Source: Octopus sinensis (taxonomy: Eukaryota). From it: DNA of 64,000 bases. The translations under genes were made by a program, and so were the position numbers. The notes under the pieces are model-generated. The model was not told the origin of the DNA, did not search any database, and saw nothing but the letters and a program-made list of their open reading frames with translations. The DNA is taken from assembly GCF_006345805.1 (NCBI RefSeq), contig NC_043010.1, positions 31,868,001 to 31,932,000 on the forward strand, in the 5' to 3' direction. This document shows positions 25,616 to 39,228 of the stretch, one piece after another. The first letter of the stretch is position 1, and each line of letters begins with the position of its first letter.

Positions 25616-26817
25616 CGAGGGCCGTTCAATAAGTAATGCCCCTGACCCACTTGCAGTTGTTTGATCTAGCTGTGGTTTCTGATTTACAGGTGTTTGAACT
25701 GAGTCAAGTGTGAAATGGAGCCTGTTGAGTGTCGAGCAGTGATCTGGTTTTTGTATTTGAAAGGACGCACACCACGGGAGACTTTTGATGAAATGAAAGT
25801 AACTTATAGTGATGATGCCCCATCATATGACCTTGTAAAACGCTGGCATTGTGAATTCAAACATAGTCGGAACTCTGTGGAAACAGCTCCCAGATCCGGT
25901 CGCCCCCTTCTGCCGTTGATGAGACGTCTGTCCGTCAAGTTGAGGCTGCCATTTTGGAAGGTCAACGCATAACTATTCGCCAAATAGCCCATAAGGTCAA
26001 GTTTAGTACCGGGTCTGTGGAAACTATCATTCATGACCATTTGCATATGCAAAAGGTGTCTGCCAGATGGATTTCCAGGTTGCTCACACCTTTCCAGAAG
26101 CAAGAACGCGTTGAGTGCTCGAGGATGAATTTGGAGATGTGCCAAGAAGATGAGTCAAAATTTTTCAAAAGACTGATCACACAGGATAAAACCTGGGTCC
26201 ATCACTATGATCCATAGACCAAAGCCCAGTCAATGCAGTGAAAGCACCGTGACTCACCTCCTCCAAAGAAGGCAAGGGTGCAGCCCTCCGCTGACAAGGT
26301 TATGCTCACAGTCTTCTGGGGCCAGGACGGAGTAGTGATGACAGATTTCCTGGCAAAGGGTACCACAATTACAGGAGCCTATTATGCTTCACTTTTGAGG
26401 AAATTAAGAGAAGCTATCAAAATCAAGAGGCGGGGCAAGATCAGCAAAGGCATCCTCCTCCTGCAGGACAACGCTCCGGTCCACAACTCGCGTGTCGCCA
26501 GATCAGAAGCACAGGCGTGCAGCAATGAACTCCTCCCCTTGCACCCTCTGATTTTCACCTCTTCCCAGCCATGAAGTTGATTTTGAAAGGAAAGCGTTTC
26601 CCAGATGATGCAGCCTTGATTTCTGAAGTCACGTCGTGGTTGGAGGACCAAGCTGGGTTCTTCTACAAAAACGGTCTCCAGAGCTGTATCAAACGATGGG
26701 AGAAATGCATAACTCTGGGTAGTTCCTATGTAGGAAAAGACTAATAACTGTGCCAAGTGTCGTTGCTCTACTGCTATGGGAAGTGGGTCAGGGGCATTAC
26801 TTATTGAACGCCCCTCG
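25616..26817 (+). mobile_element. Full-length degenerate mariner (irritans/Hsmar2-like)
   Basis: ~37-bp TIRs cgagggccgttcaataagtaatgcccctgacccactt with TA duplication. Transposase 25715-26744 has PRSGRP, ITQDKTWVHHYDP, KVMLTVFW and LLQDNAP; stops, a frameshift, and the HPPYSPDL motif is missing. Confidence 0.93.
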
Positions 26818-29800
26818 TACATACTAGCAATGCATCCTGGCGCTGCCCGGGTGTTATTACCTACAACCACATTGTATTATTTCTTCCTTTCTTATGGGCA
26901 GACTTGGCACAGCTGATAATGGCATAATGTTAATGGCATAATGGAAATTATTGTTTGTTTAAAAGTGAAGGGGAAGGTACAATTTGCATAGGTTTGCATG
27001 AAATTGCTTTCTGTTCTTAAGAAGGATCAGAAACTATGTATTGTTTCATCGTATAAAAGGGGGTTAATACGATTTTGTTCAGAAATCCCGTTTTCAAAAT
27101 TTTTATTCCCTCCATCCTCACCACAATTTCTTAAATTGTAACTTTTTTCTGAATTTTTTTTTGTTTATCCACGTAGATTACAAATTTGGGAAATATATAT
27201 ATTTCTTTATAGTTTTATTTTTCTTAAAGAAACACTCAATGCCCCTTCCCCTACTTCGCCCGCCTATCACCTACCCACTTTGAAAAAGCTAAAATCTCCC
27301 AATCGTTCATATTCATCTGATGCTTTACACATGCGCAGAATTCTACTGAAATAGGAGACATAAAAAATACCTGACCAACAGGAGGAAAACCCGACATGCT
27401 AGAAATAATAGGTAAACAACATCATTTCTGAAGAAATTTCCCCGCTTACCAAAAAGCTAAAAGCGAAACATTGGGAGTTTGTAGCTTTTTGAAAATGGTG
27501 AGGTGATGGGTAAAATTCTTAAAGATTCGTACCCTCTGTTTTTTCCCCATGGATTACCAAGAAAAAATTTGAAAAAAATAAAAAATGAATTTGGTGTAGA
27601 GAGGGAGAAAATCAAAATACTGAGAACGTGTTCTTTGGGGTGAAATCCTAATCTCCTGTATGGCAAACATAGGAATCGGAAGAAATTTAGGAGAAAAATA
27701 GGGATGGGGGCGCAAATGCCACCTCGGATATGCTAGAAAGAAGAGGTAAAGGACAGGATTTCCGGAAAAATTCCCTTTTAAGTTTATCTCAAAGATATCA
27801 GGTTTTAAAATACGCTCAGCACAAACACAAGTTACACAATAGAAAAAAGGTAATTTCAATTGGATTTGAGCTGTAAATTTGCACATGCACACAGCAAGAA
27901 ACAACAATTTGTACAGAAGTTTTACCTGAAATATGTATATCAGTGTGTGTATAAGAGAGTGAGTGTGTGTGTGTGCTTAAATCCAATTGAAATGGCCTTT
28001 GTATCCCAAAGGAAGTTATTTTATGGCATTCTTTCGTTCGAAGAAGCAAATTTGTCAACTCAATCATATGATTATTTGTTAATTTCCGTAAAAGTTTTAA
28101 AATTTCTCTATGCCTTGAAGAGAGCAGAAATTGAAAGAGAGGAGAAAGTGAAAGGGTGACATTTGCTTTAAAGTGAGAGCAGAAAGAGAAAGATGTGTGT
28201 GTATATGAAATGGATGTGTGTGAGAGAGAAAGAGAGAGAGTAAGTGGTTGAGTGAAGGTGTGCATTGTGATGTATGAATTTTTTTTACTTGTATGTGTAT
28301 GTGGCACTTACTCACTCTCTCTCTCTCTCTCTCTCTCTCTCGCTCGCACACACATTATCTTTCATATACCTGTACATAAATACATATGCATACATCTTTT
28401 TTGTGCATGTGCGTGAGAAAGAGAGAGAGAGAGAGTGACTGTATTTCCTCATAACATATAGAGAAATTGATGTCTTTTGAGGTTGTGGCTTATTTTAATA
28501 AAATTTTTATGCATGCCTTTTCATAAATGTCTGTCTGTGTAGAATTCTACACATGCGTGAAACATCGGACGAAAGTGAAACATTAGAAGAAAATCGAAAT
28601 ATTGCCCGAAAATGACCTCCAAATTGTGCGACCCGACCCCGTTTCCGAGGATATTTTAGTAGTAAAAAAAGAGTTGTTGTGCCAAAAAACATAGTTTATT
28701 TGGTAGATAGATGATAATCAGCTTTCTTTATTATAGTACAGATGTGACTAATTCGGAGAAACTTATTCATTATTCACACATCGTCACTCTAGTAATCCAA
28801 CACTTGGTAATTTTGTTTCAAATTGAAAAGTGAATCTATTTTGAGCTTCTAATGAAACCTGGTCATTGTAGACCAGTCTATTTCAAATAACTACTGCTGG
28901 TTGTGGAGATAACGTAGAAAATATGTAAATGAAAATAAAGTTTATTTGACTTATTTGACATGTGTAATTGATTTGATTGTTCTGTTCTTTACGTCAGTTG
29001 GTAAGAATAAATTTTTTGTAATTGGCACTCCTGTTGTAGGTTAAACCTGTGGAATATTGAAATGATACCCATCTTGTCCATTCCACAGAATAAGAATATA
29101 CTGGAGAGCATCATAAGAGGGACGAGTCTGTGATACACGATTAAGGTTGTTGTCTCGAACGAATGAGAATATCATGATTTTCTTGGGGATCACCTACCAT
29201 AAGGATGGCTACTTCATTAGATGTGGGCTCATTAAAACGGTGTAAAATGTCCTTTACTACAGTTTACTATAGTCGTAACGAACGCGGAAGCACACACAGA
29301 CTCACAGGCACATACACATTCATAGAATTAATAATACTGAAAACAGCAAAATGTACACACACGAAGTTCAAGCGAAACGAAATAAAGTCAATATAGGTGC
29401 AAAATATACTCTCTGTAAATAGTTATGCCATAAAAAATTTGTTTTAGGGAATATTTCCAAAAGAAATATTCCAGGTTTGTAAAGTCACCAATTTAGCAAA
29501 AGTTACTATGCGTCACCAATGTAACAAAGTACAGAGTGTCAAAATTTATTTGGAACATGTACTAAATGTCATAAAATTCAGGATTGAATGTCACGGTGAA
29601 GAAAGTGAAACTCCAAGAAAATTCAGAAGGTATAATTCAATTTTTCATACAAAATTAATTTATTATTTTACAATTTTGAAATGAACGCTGAACAAAGTGT
29701 ATACAAAGGAATATGTTGCTGTTGTGAACGTTAATTAATTTAAACCATTTGCTGAAGGATGTATGTAAAAAGACATAAATTAATTTGACATTACTATTTA

Positions 29801-30537
29801 TTTTAACTGTGTGAGGTTATATAGGTTGTAAAGTAAACACTAACGCAGTAAAAAAAAGTTTTGCGGCATTGAATACTCACAGTGATAAAACATAGGAGGG
29901 ATATGATAAGGACGCTAGGACTGTTAAAAAAGCATTATCTTCAAACTGGTTATAGGGAGTAGAATAACATTTTTGTAATTTTATTGAAAGAGTCGCTAAA
30001 GCTTTTTACTTCGCCAAATATCCGAATCTGTTATAACCAGAATAACATTTTGTTTTCAGATACATTTGTGAGTATTTAGCCAAACCTTCATGTTGGTTTT
30101 AAAAACCAGAATAATATTTCAGCCCATAAGCAGTGATAATCGTTAATGCAACTCTCCATGAGGGAAAAGGAAAATTCAAACTGTGGTATTTCAAAGAAAA
30201 CGCTGTTGTTCGTTCAACGTCCAGGCTGCAACTAAACTAAACTCTTTCAAAATCGGAGCGTTTCACTGTTGAGCGGTACAGTCATATACATATACTAATA
30301 CAGACACACACAAACAGACATTCACGCACATCTCAGGCCTATCTCTGTCCCTTTGTGTGTCTGTCTCTGTCTTTAGATGTGTGTATGTCAGTCGTCACAA
30401 AAATGTATTTATACTGACAGATACATACATTGTCACACACTTATACTTCTCAGTCATCGGCCTAACATATGCAATGAACGCGCGAACATACTTATATATG
30501 GAATTATAACCATGTCGGATTTCATAACGTAGGAAAG

Positions 30538-30626
30538 CATCCTGATGAGGGGGCATTATGCTAATGTATTTGGAATACTTAAACGCCATTTATACATTTA
30601 TTGCACCCCTGAAACGGCCGTAGATG
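30538..30626 (+). ncRNA. Type I hammerhead ribozyme (solo)
   Basis: CATC-CTGATGA-GGGGG...CCCCT-GAAA-CGGCCG-TA-GATG; palindromic stem III, GUA triplet. Confidence 0.8.
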
Positions 30627-31002
30627 ATATCCTTTACCTGAATTTACCAGAATCTGTATATATTTATTTTCCTATTTATCTACCTGTTTACCCCAGAATT
30701 TTAAAATTTTGAACTCTCATCCGACATTTCGCATAAACATCAAACTCTTAATCGATTCCAACAGTTCCTTTTGGAAACCATTACCTCAAATTTTTATCTC
30801 TTTATTTGTCACTCCTTCATTCGGTAATCGAACCAAAAGTACATGATGCATAGTTTTCACATATAACTTTTACATGTAATTTTGTTCACTGATTTATAAA
30901 TTTATATGTATATTTATTTCGTTGTGTATTTTAAATTATGCTTTTGAATTTGTATTGATTGCCTAGATGTGTTCCTTCTATAATTTCCCTTATCCTTCGA
31001 TT

Positions 31003-31190
31003 TTCCTGGCAGTGTTACCCTCGGAACTTTCCATGGAATTCTAGGAATTTTCCAGGAGTTATCATCCACGGAACTTTCCATGAAATCTGCGGAATTTTCC
31101 AGGACGTTTTATCCTTGGAGCATTCCAGGAAGTCCCCGGAATTTTCCAGGAAGTCTCAACCTCGAATCTTTCCAGGAAAATTTTGAAAAT
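31003..31190. repeat. Degenerate ~46-bp minisatellite rich in ggaa..ttcc
   Basis: About 4 imperfect units (ggaactttccatg...ggaattttccagga). Confidence 0.6.
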
Positions 31191-31786
31191 ATCTCAGTTA
31201 CATCTGTGATGTTGTTGGTAAAACGTGTTCTTTGTCCATCTCCTTATCCTCTTGGTGTCTTTGGACAAAAAATTATACAAATGAATCCTTCAAATTTTTC
31301 TAAATTCTATATTTTTATGCAGCTGAAGTTTGCTCTACATTTTAAATTGATGTAATACTTGCATTTTCAATTAAATAGAGTCGCATGAAACGATCGTACT
31401 GCATTACCTCTGGATATCCTTGTTGCTTATTTTGATTATAATCACCTTATTTTAAATTATATGGATAATGCCATACTAAAATCTGGTGCCTTCAACTTAA
31501 GTACCTCATTCATCTGACTCTTTATATATATACATATATATAGTAAATAAAAAAATCAAGAACAGACACAAGAAAAAATAACAACGTAAGAACGTGGACG
31601 CTCAGGAAAAGAAAGTTGATTTTACGTTTCGAGCAAAGATCTACTTAAAAAACAGGAGAGAGAGGAAAGTCCAAGAAAAAAGGAAGACGGAGAACAAAGA
31701 TCGCCAACGATTCACATGTGGTTACATTTCGAAATGACCGGAAGGGAATAGTATTGATAAAATAGGAGATGGAATGTGTGATAGAC

Positions 31787-31844
31787 TTTATTGGGTGCAA
31801 CACGTTTCGACCCGTTCTGGGACTCTTCAGGTACACCAATAAAA
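31787..31844 (-). ncRNA. Degenerate hammerhead-like motif in a PLE end
   Basis: Minus strand reads TTTATTGGTGTAC-CTGAAGA-GTCCC..GGGTC-GAAA-CGTGTT-GCACCCAATAAA. Long stem I, but the cleavage site and stem II are imperfect. Confidence 0.45.
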
Positions 31845-32020
31845 TCTCACCAGGGATTTCTCGAGTTGGCTTAAGTACTATTATATGTATATATATATAT
31901 ATCATCACTATCATCACCATCATCATCATCATTTAGCGTCTGGTTTCCCTACTGGCATGAGTTATAGTATTTGACTGAAAGTGGTAAGCCAGAGAGTTGT
32001 ACCTGGTTTCAGCCTGATTT

Positions 32021-32133
<113 letters not shown>

Positions 32134-32199
32134 GTATTCAGCATTGATATAAAAGATTGTGGTCAGTGGTACCTTTGGGAATAATTACTGAAGACTACC

Positions 32200-32425
32200 G
32201 TCTGGTAGTATGTTCTCTTGTACTCGAGGCACAAGGCCCAAAAGATTTTGGGAGGGGACCAGACGATTAGATCAGTCCTAATACGCAACTGGTACTTAAT
32301 TCATCGACCCCGAGGATGAAAGGCTAAGTCAACCTCGGCGGAATTTGAACTCAGATCGTAATGTCAGACGAAATACCATTAAGCACTTCGCCCGACATGC
32401 TAACGTCTCTGCCAGCTCACTGCCT
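32200..32425 (-). mobile_element. Second SINE family
   Basis: Reverse complement of the family also seen at 41594-41700 and 53960-54140 (gagttcaaattcc B-box-like, gaggttgacttagcctttcatcc). Confidence 0.6.
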
Positions 32426-32779
32426 TCTGTCTGGTGCAATATTGAAACAAGATGAATCACACATCAGCTCACACGCAAACTCACACAGACACACACACAC
32501 ACGCATACACACGCGCGCATGTGTGTGTGTGTGTGAGTGTGTACGCACGCGTACTCATATCCTTTTAATGATAGTACTGCAGCCATTCTGGAGCACTGCC
32601 TTAATGTATTTTCAATTAGGTTTTGTTGTTGCTTCTTGACTGGAAGGTGGTCTATGATTGGGTTTTCTAGCAGCTGTTCTCCTCTGAATGCATTATCCTT
32701 GAATGGTTGACTTCTAAGGTATCGTTAAGAGTTCATTCAATGAGTTTTTGGATGGGTTTTTAATGTTTCAGTAAAAGTC

Positions 32780-35700
32780 TCTTTTATATTTCTTTTAATT
32801 TTAATCCCTGCATCCTCCGTCGTTTGAGTGAGGGCATTGCCAGCCGTTGAAGATGTTCCTCTTACGTAAGCTAAGACAAGCCCGCGCCCATTCGGGTGGC
32901 CAAGTGCTGAACCCGTTCCAGGTGCTGAATGTCTTTCTGGAGATATGGTTTGAGGTATGGATGCAATATTCGAGGATGGGTCTGTAACGAACTTAATGCG
33001 AGTGTGAATATCTGTCTTGTCTTGTACTTTCGGGGTACAAGAAAGCAATCACTACTCGTTCGTTAATTATCCAGAATTCTACTAGTCAGAAACAACAAGA
33101 CGCAGACGTGAATTATATATATACTACTTTATTCTCTTTCTTGGTAACAATAACAATAATTAGTTATCTGATGTCCTTGGTTCTGGGCGCGCAAGGCTGA
33201 AAGTAAATCGATTGTAATATTTACAATGTCCAGCCTCCAAAAACAGAAAGGGTCCAAGATGGCGTCGAACAATGGAGACGATGTTGGTCTGCAACAATTT
33301 GGTTAAAGCCCTTTTTGGTAAGGACTGCTAGAAGCTAGTTCGAACGGAGAGAAAATATATCGCGACCGTTGCCTTCAATCGCTGGGTCCCAAGTCGCCGC
33401 TTGCTGCTGCTAGTGGTCAAACGTTCTACGACCCCCTTGCCTCGCTAACTACCACGATAGGCAAGCGGGTCGTGCTTCGGTGGTTCGCGCATGCGCGAGA
33501 GGGCCCTTCCTTTCTCTGCCTTGGTAAAGACACCAACACGCGCGAAATACAAATGGACGGTGCGCGAGCGCGCGCCGTTGTAGGATCACTACAGGCTCCC
33601 CTCCAGTGCGTACGCACGAAAGGAAACTTATTGTAGTGACTGCAAAACTCAAGGTGGACGCCAGATAACCAAATAGCACACAATAATATAATGGCAAAAT
33701 TTATAACATACACAAGAAATTTACTAAAGGAAAAAGAGAAAAAATACTCAATGAGCAAAAATCAAGAGTGCATGCATGAAAGTGTATACGTCACAAAGTA
33801 TAGAGCCTTCCGCTGTAGGGAGCAGAAGAAAAGGCAGAACTCACAGTTATTGAACCTAGGCGAAATTAAAATCCAACTTCTCTAAAGGTAGTTGATCCTG
33901 CGAAATAGCAGTTAAGTCAATTGCTGCAGGAGAGGAAATGGAATTGACAGAAGCTCGCTAGCAACACAAAAGGCAAAAGTGCAAACATGCTGGTGTGATG
34001 CGCGACACAGATAATTTTCTGTTAATTACGTGACCAACAGTGGTCTAACAGGGAAAAATAATTACGCCCATACATAGGCGCAGCGCATGTGAACATCCGA
34101 CATTCTATGAGTCGGGAAAAGAATTAGGCTAACGCACGTGTTGCAAAAACAAGGCAAGTACACGTGCGAAGCAAAAAACGCATGAAATGCAATGGTGCTT
34201 GCCAGACCGAAAAACAGCAAATGAATATGCCAGTGGTTAAGCGATTATATGCTTCGTTCGTATAGGAACAAAAGTATGACATGCTGGCGCGTTATAATGG
34301 ACAAACAACCCTCTCTATGTATACGTGACCGACTAGGGTCTATAGAAATGAGGGGTGTCCACAAAAGGCAAATTCAGCATGGAAAAAAAAACAAGCGAGA
34401 AAAGCATGTGTGACGTATGTATGTGAGAGAGAGCATTTATGTGTGTGTACGTGTGTGCGACAGAAATACATACAAGGTGAATGCGAGCAAAATATAAAAA
34501 CAGCGCATAGAAAAAATGTCTCTCAAGTGCTATCTCAGACAAGAATTAATTTACCAGTCTGTAATAGCCTGATGTACAATAGCAGTTCGTTCTGTAACAG
34601 AAATGTTGAAATCACAAAATGCAGATGCCGGTTGAACACATATCGTGTAACGGTTGTGGCTTCAATGCTGTGACAGGTTAACTGGAACAGAAGAAATCTC
34701 GTAGAAAGTGCTGGGCTGTGAATTCTTGGTGTGCTAATGCACAAACGGCAAGTGGACCAAACTTCCGCGAGTTGCTATGTACATCTTGGAGGTCGACGGT
34801 GGTGGAGGAAGGCGACTGTAGTGGACTTGGGACAACATCGTTCTTAGTGATGATGGCGACGAAGATAGCGACGACGTGAAGTAGAAAGACGACGATGTCG
34901 ATGACGAAGGTGGAGAAAAGTCATCGAATATATGATGGCGTTCGTCATCATGGCTGTAGAATAAGAAAAAGGCTCCTTCTACAACTGTTTGTGGTGGCCG
35001 GAAACAAATCGTCGAAAGATGAATGCGTAGAGTTAAATCGTGTTCCGACTTCGCAGAAAAACTGGATTTCTTTGTTGTTGATAAGTGATCTCTGGTTTTA
35101 GACCAGAATCACGTCGGGAGGTCACCACTTGTAACGAACTTAGTGTGAGCGATGAGTGTGAAAGTCTTATCTTGATCTTGTACTTTCGGGGTACAAGAAA
35201 GCAATCACTCACTAGCCGTTGCTTTTAATAATCCAGAATCTCTGCCCGTCAGAAACAACAAGACGCAGACGTGAAATATATATATACTACTTTATTCTCT
35301 TTCTTGGTAACAATAACAATAATTAGTTATCTGATGTCCTTGGTTCTGGGCGCGCAAGGCTGAAAGTAAATCGATTGTAATATTTACAATGTCCAGCCTC
35401 CAAAAACAGAAAGGGTCCAAGATGGCGTCGAACAATGGAGACGATGTTGGTCTGCAACAATTTGGTTAAAGCCCTTTTTGGTAAGGGCTGCTAGAAGCTA
35501 GTTCGAACGGAGAGAAAATATATCGCGACCGTTGCCTTCAATCGCTGGGTCCCAAGTCGCCGCTTGCTGCTGCTAGTGGTCAAACGTTCTACGACCCCCT
35601 TGCCTCGCTAACTACCACGATAGGCAAGCGGGTCGTGCTTCCGGTGGTTCGCGCATGCGCGAGAGGGCCCTTCCTTTCTCTGCCTTGGTAAAGGCACCAA

Positions 35701-36850
35701 CACGCGCGAAATACAAATGGACGGTGCGCGAGCGCGCGCCGTTGTAGGATCACTACAGGTCGAACTAGAGTGATATATATACAGGCCAAAAGACGTCCAT
35801 TGTAAGGTTGGCAAAGGATCGGTGGATGAGGAAAAGATTCCTTCTGGCTTTGTTCATGGCCTCGATACCCTGCCGTGGTATTTTGAAAGTAGTATCGATC
35901 ATTATGCCGAGATCCTTTTCTTCAGTGACCATCTTAAGATGTTGATGTTTGTGGAGAGTTTTGAGGTGAATCTATTGGCAAATGGCTGCATTTTGAGGCG
36001 TTCAAGTTCAGATTCCATTCTTCCACCCAATTCCAAGCTCGGTTCAGCGACGATTGGAGTATGTTGTATTGATTCCTAGGTGAGACAAGTTTGACGTCGT
36101 CTGCATATAGGAGAACTCTTCCATCAAGAAAATCTGGCAGGTCGTTGATATAGAGAAGGAAAAGTGTTGGCCCCCAGCACCGACCCCTAGGGAACGCCGC
36201 TGCATACATTCGTCTCTGCGGAGAGATCTCCATTTATCTGTACCCAAAAGGTTCGATAGCTCAGGAAAGAAGAAATCCACAAAATCACCAATGGATGAAT
36301 CTTGAATGCTCGAAGTTTGCGCAAGAGAAGTCAGTGATTAACGGAGTCAAACGCCTTTGCGAAGTCCAAAAATACCACGCCCACCAAGTTTTCTTCATCC
36401 ATGGTCCTTGTAATCCATTCTTCAAGAAGGAAAAGATTTGTTATGCAAGATCTTCAGGGTAGAAATCCATGCTGCGAGTCGGATATTTCTTTGTACCATA
36501 TACAGATAATTGTATAATGCTTTGGTTGGAAATAGCTGTGGGAATGACCTGAGTATGTTATTTTCCCTTAATTGGACGGGTAATGATTTGTTGTATGGGA
36601 AAGTCTTTTGTTGTATCGAGGAAAGGGTTCATATCTCTCCACTTCAGTTGCTTAGTTCCAGGCTGGATATAATCCTCGGACCAGCTAAGATTAGTAAAAT
36701 TAAAGACCCCTGTTAAAAGCATATTAGCCTGTGTGCTGGCCTCAGCTAGGGTTAGACTTATGAGCAAAAAAAAAAGCACCTCTGAAATGATCTTCGTGGT
36801 TAACCGCGTCAGGATGACGGTAGGTAATGCTTTTAATATCATTTCCTTTT
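32780..36850 (-). mobile_element. CR1/Jockey-like LINE remnant split by an LTR element
   Basis: Contains FLDFAKAFDSV, GSVLGPTLFLLYINDLP and LLYADDVKL. The C-terminal PYLQKDIQHLERVQ lies on the other side of the LTR element. Removing the LTR element restores YITLVRPILEYC. Confidence 0.88.
32983..35757 (-). mobile_element. Non-autonomous Ty3/Gypsy-like LTR retrotransposon
   Basis: TG...CA LTRs at 32983-33593 and 35130-35757, with a 4-bp TSD GGTC. tRNA-Trp-like PBS at 35108-35127 and PPT GGAGGGGAGCC at 33594-33604. The 1.5-kb internal region has no RT ORF. Confidence 0.9.
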
Positions 36851-38819
36851 TATATAAATTAGTCTGAGATTGTCGAATACATTTCTTTGCAAATTAGGTA
36901 ATTTCGGGGTTGGTCTGCAATCATTTATAGTAAATGTTTCCTTTCAAAATCTTTTTTTTTTTTATTAAACTGGACTAGTATTTCGAATGAGCAATAAGTA
37001 TCAAAGCATTTAACAATGAGCATTAAATTTCAAAGATAAAAATAAATCATTTTTTTCCCTTGTCAAACTTTGGACCTAACAACCTAAATGAGAAAACCAA
37101 TATGAAATAAAAGAAAGGGCTTTTATTTTTAGGCTGAGGTCAAACAGTCGAATCCATTCAACCATGTCGTCAGTCTTTAACAACATCAACTACAAAGAAC
37201 TTGAGAGAGGTGACAGATAGAGAGAGGACAAGAACCTTCACACATTTTCAGCATTGCAAGATTTTGGAGTTATTTTTGTCAGAATAGAGCTGTCTTCAAG
37301 AATCCAAGTAATGCTATGTATTGAAGAGTAGCCGTAGATGCTGGTCATTTTGTTGTTCTTGTTGTTTGCTGCTACTGTTGTTGTTGTCACATACTTTTTA
37401 TTTTGACGCTACTTTGCTTCAGAAGTTGGTTAGTCATAAATTCCTTGCGAATTTTAAGCCCAGCTTCATCACTTTTATTTATTTATTTTTGTTCTTTGTT
37501 TTTGCTTTGAAACGAAATCTAGCTTCAAGCATCTTATACAGATAATGTTTTAGACACTATTTTCTGAAACTGGTAAAATTATGTAGGGGGTGCAAATTTT
37601 GATCTTGCACCACCTGAAAATTCCAAGGGGTGCAAGGTGCACACGCTGCATCCCCTGTTCCCGGGCCCTTGTTCAAGGAACTCTCAACCGGTTTTTTAAG
37701 CACATCGAACAAGAACAGCCAGAATCAGCTGTTGATGTTGACGATCCACAGCTATCTACTTTCGCGATGTAAACAAACTAAGTTGTATGTATGTATTGGT
37801 AAATTTTAAATAATTTAGTTTTTTTCACTATGACAAAATAATAATAATTACTGAATTTGCTTTTTAAGCTTAAAAAAGTTTTTATTTAACCACGTCTTAT
37901 TGCAAACCGCATTAATAAATAAAGCGTCCGCGATGTACGGCAAGCACCGCCAAATTGTATTCATAAATTTAGATTACATTTTCTTTTACTGTACTGTATT
38001 AAAAAATCACAACTATTTGTTTGTAAGCTTAAAATAGCTTTTTATTGACCATATATTATTGAAAATGCATTCATAAATAAAGCATAGAACTGTGAATGGT
38101 TATTATCGGTTTAGCCTGGAGACAAGTAAATTCGAACTAGCCTAGCCTAGTAGACAAGTTAATTCGACTCAAGTCGTGTCTCCTGGAACCAATTAATGGT
38201 GTAGGGTGAGGTATGCTTATATATATATATATATATGACGGACTTCTTTCAGTTTCCGTCTACGAAATTCACTCATGTAGCTTTGGTCGACCCGAGGCTA
38301 TAGTACAGACACACTTTAAAATATAGTTGTATTTCGTGTAGCTACCTGTTAGTGACTTTTATCTCTCATCCATTTTGTAGAGGGTATTACCCAATTTTCT
38401 GGGCTCTTTTCACAGCTATACTCCGTTCGAAATTTGCATTAGTTTTTGTATGTAAAAAGAAAAAGGAAGGGAGACGGGCTTCTTTGTAGGTCGTAGAGAA
38501 ATCGATAAACATGCCTGAAAAAGAAAACACCCCTCACTCCAACTAAAAGACACGAAGAACTATGAAAGACGGTGAATAAGTACCGGGATGGGGAAAAGAA
38601 GAGAACTAACAGTCGATCGTTCTGGAACTCCCAGAATAAAGACGGACACACCTGAAAGACCTTCCCCCTATTCATTACTAAATATATTCCCTCTTCATTG
38701 TTAAAAGTAAAGAAGCTAGAAAGGATCGATTGTATTTCAGTCTGCCATAGTAAATGACTGAGGCTTTCCTTTCTCTGCCTCTATCGCTTCACTCTTTTTT
38801 TCTACGGTTAAGAGAGTGA

Positions 38820-39130
38820 ATGTGCGTGGCTCAGTGATTAGGAATATTTGGCCCACGATCGCAAAGTCATGAGTACGATTCCCTGCGGCGCGCTGTGTTT
38901 TTGAGCAAGGTACTCTACTTCACTTTGCTGCAGTTCACTCAGCTGGCAAAAATGAGTTGTAGCTGTAATTCAAAGGGGCCAGCCTTGTCACATTCTAGGT
39001 GAAGCTGAATCTCCCTGAGAACTACCTTATGGTATGTATGTCTGTGGAGTACTCAGCCACTTGCACGTTAATTTTACGAGCATACTGTCCGATGATCAGA
39101 TAAAACATTGTAACCGACGGAGTGCCATTT
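38820..39130 (+). mobile_element. Third tRNA-derived SINE family
   Basis: gtggctcagtg A-box-like, gtacgattccc B-box-like and ttgagcaagg core. A related antisense copy lies at 62395-62600. Confidence 0.65.
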
Positions 39131-39228
39131 TTTAAAAAGAATGAAAGAAAAGGAAATGTTTGGCGTTTTTATACCCAATATAGGAGAGAAAAACTTTTAC
39201 ACAATTTGAATGGATATATATTCTATAT

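Noticed and set aside
31003-31190. Cluster of NF-kB-like GGAATTTTCC sites as an enhancer
   Set aside because: The motifs are units of a repeat-borne minisatellite; there is no evidence of regulatory function.
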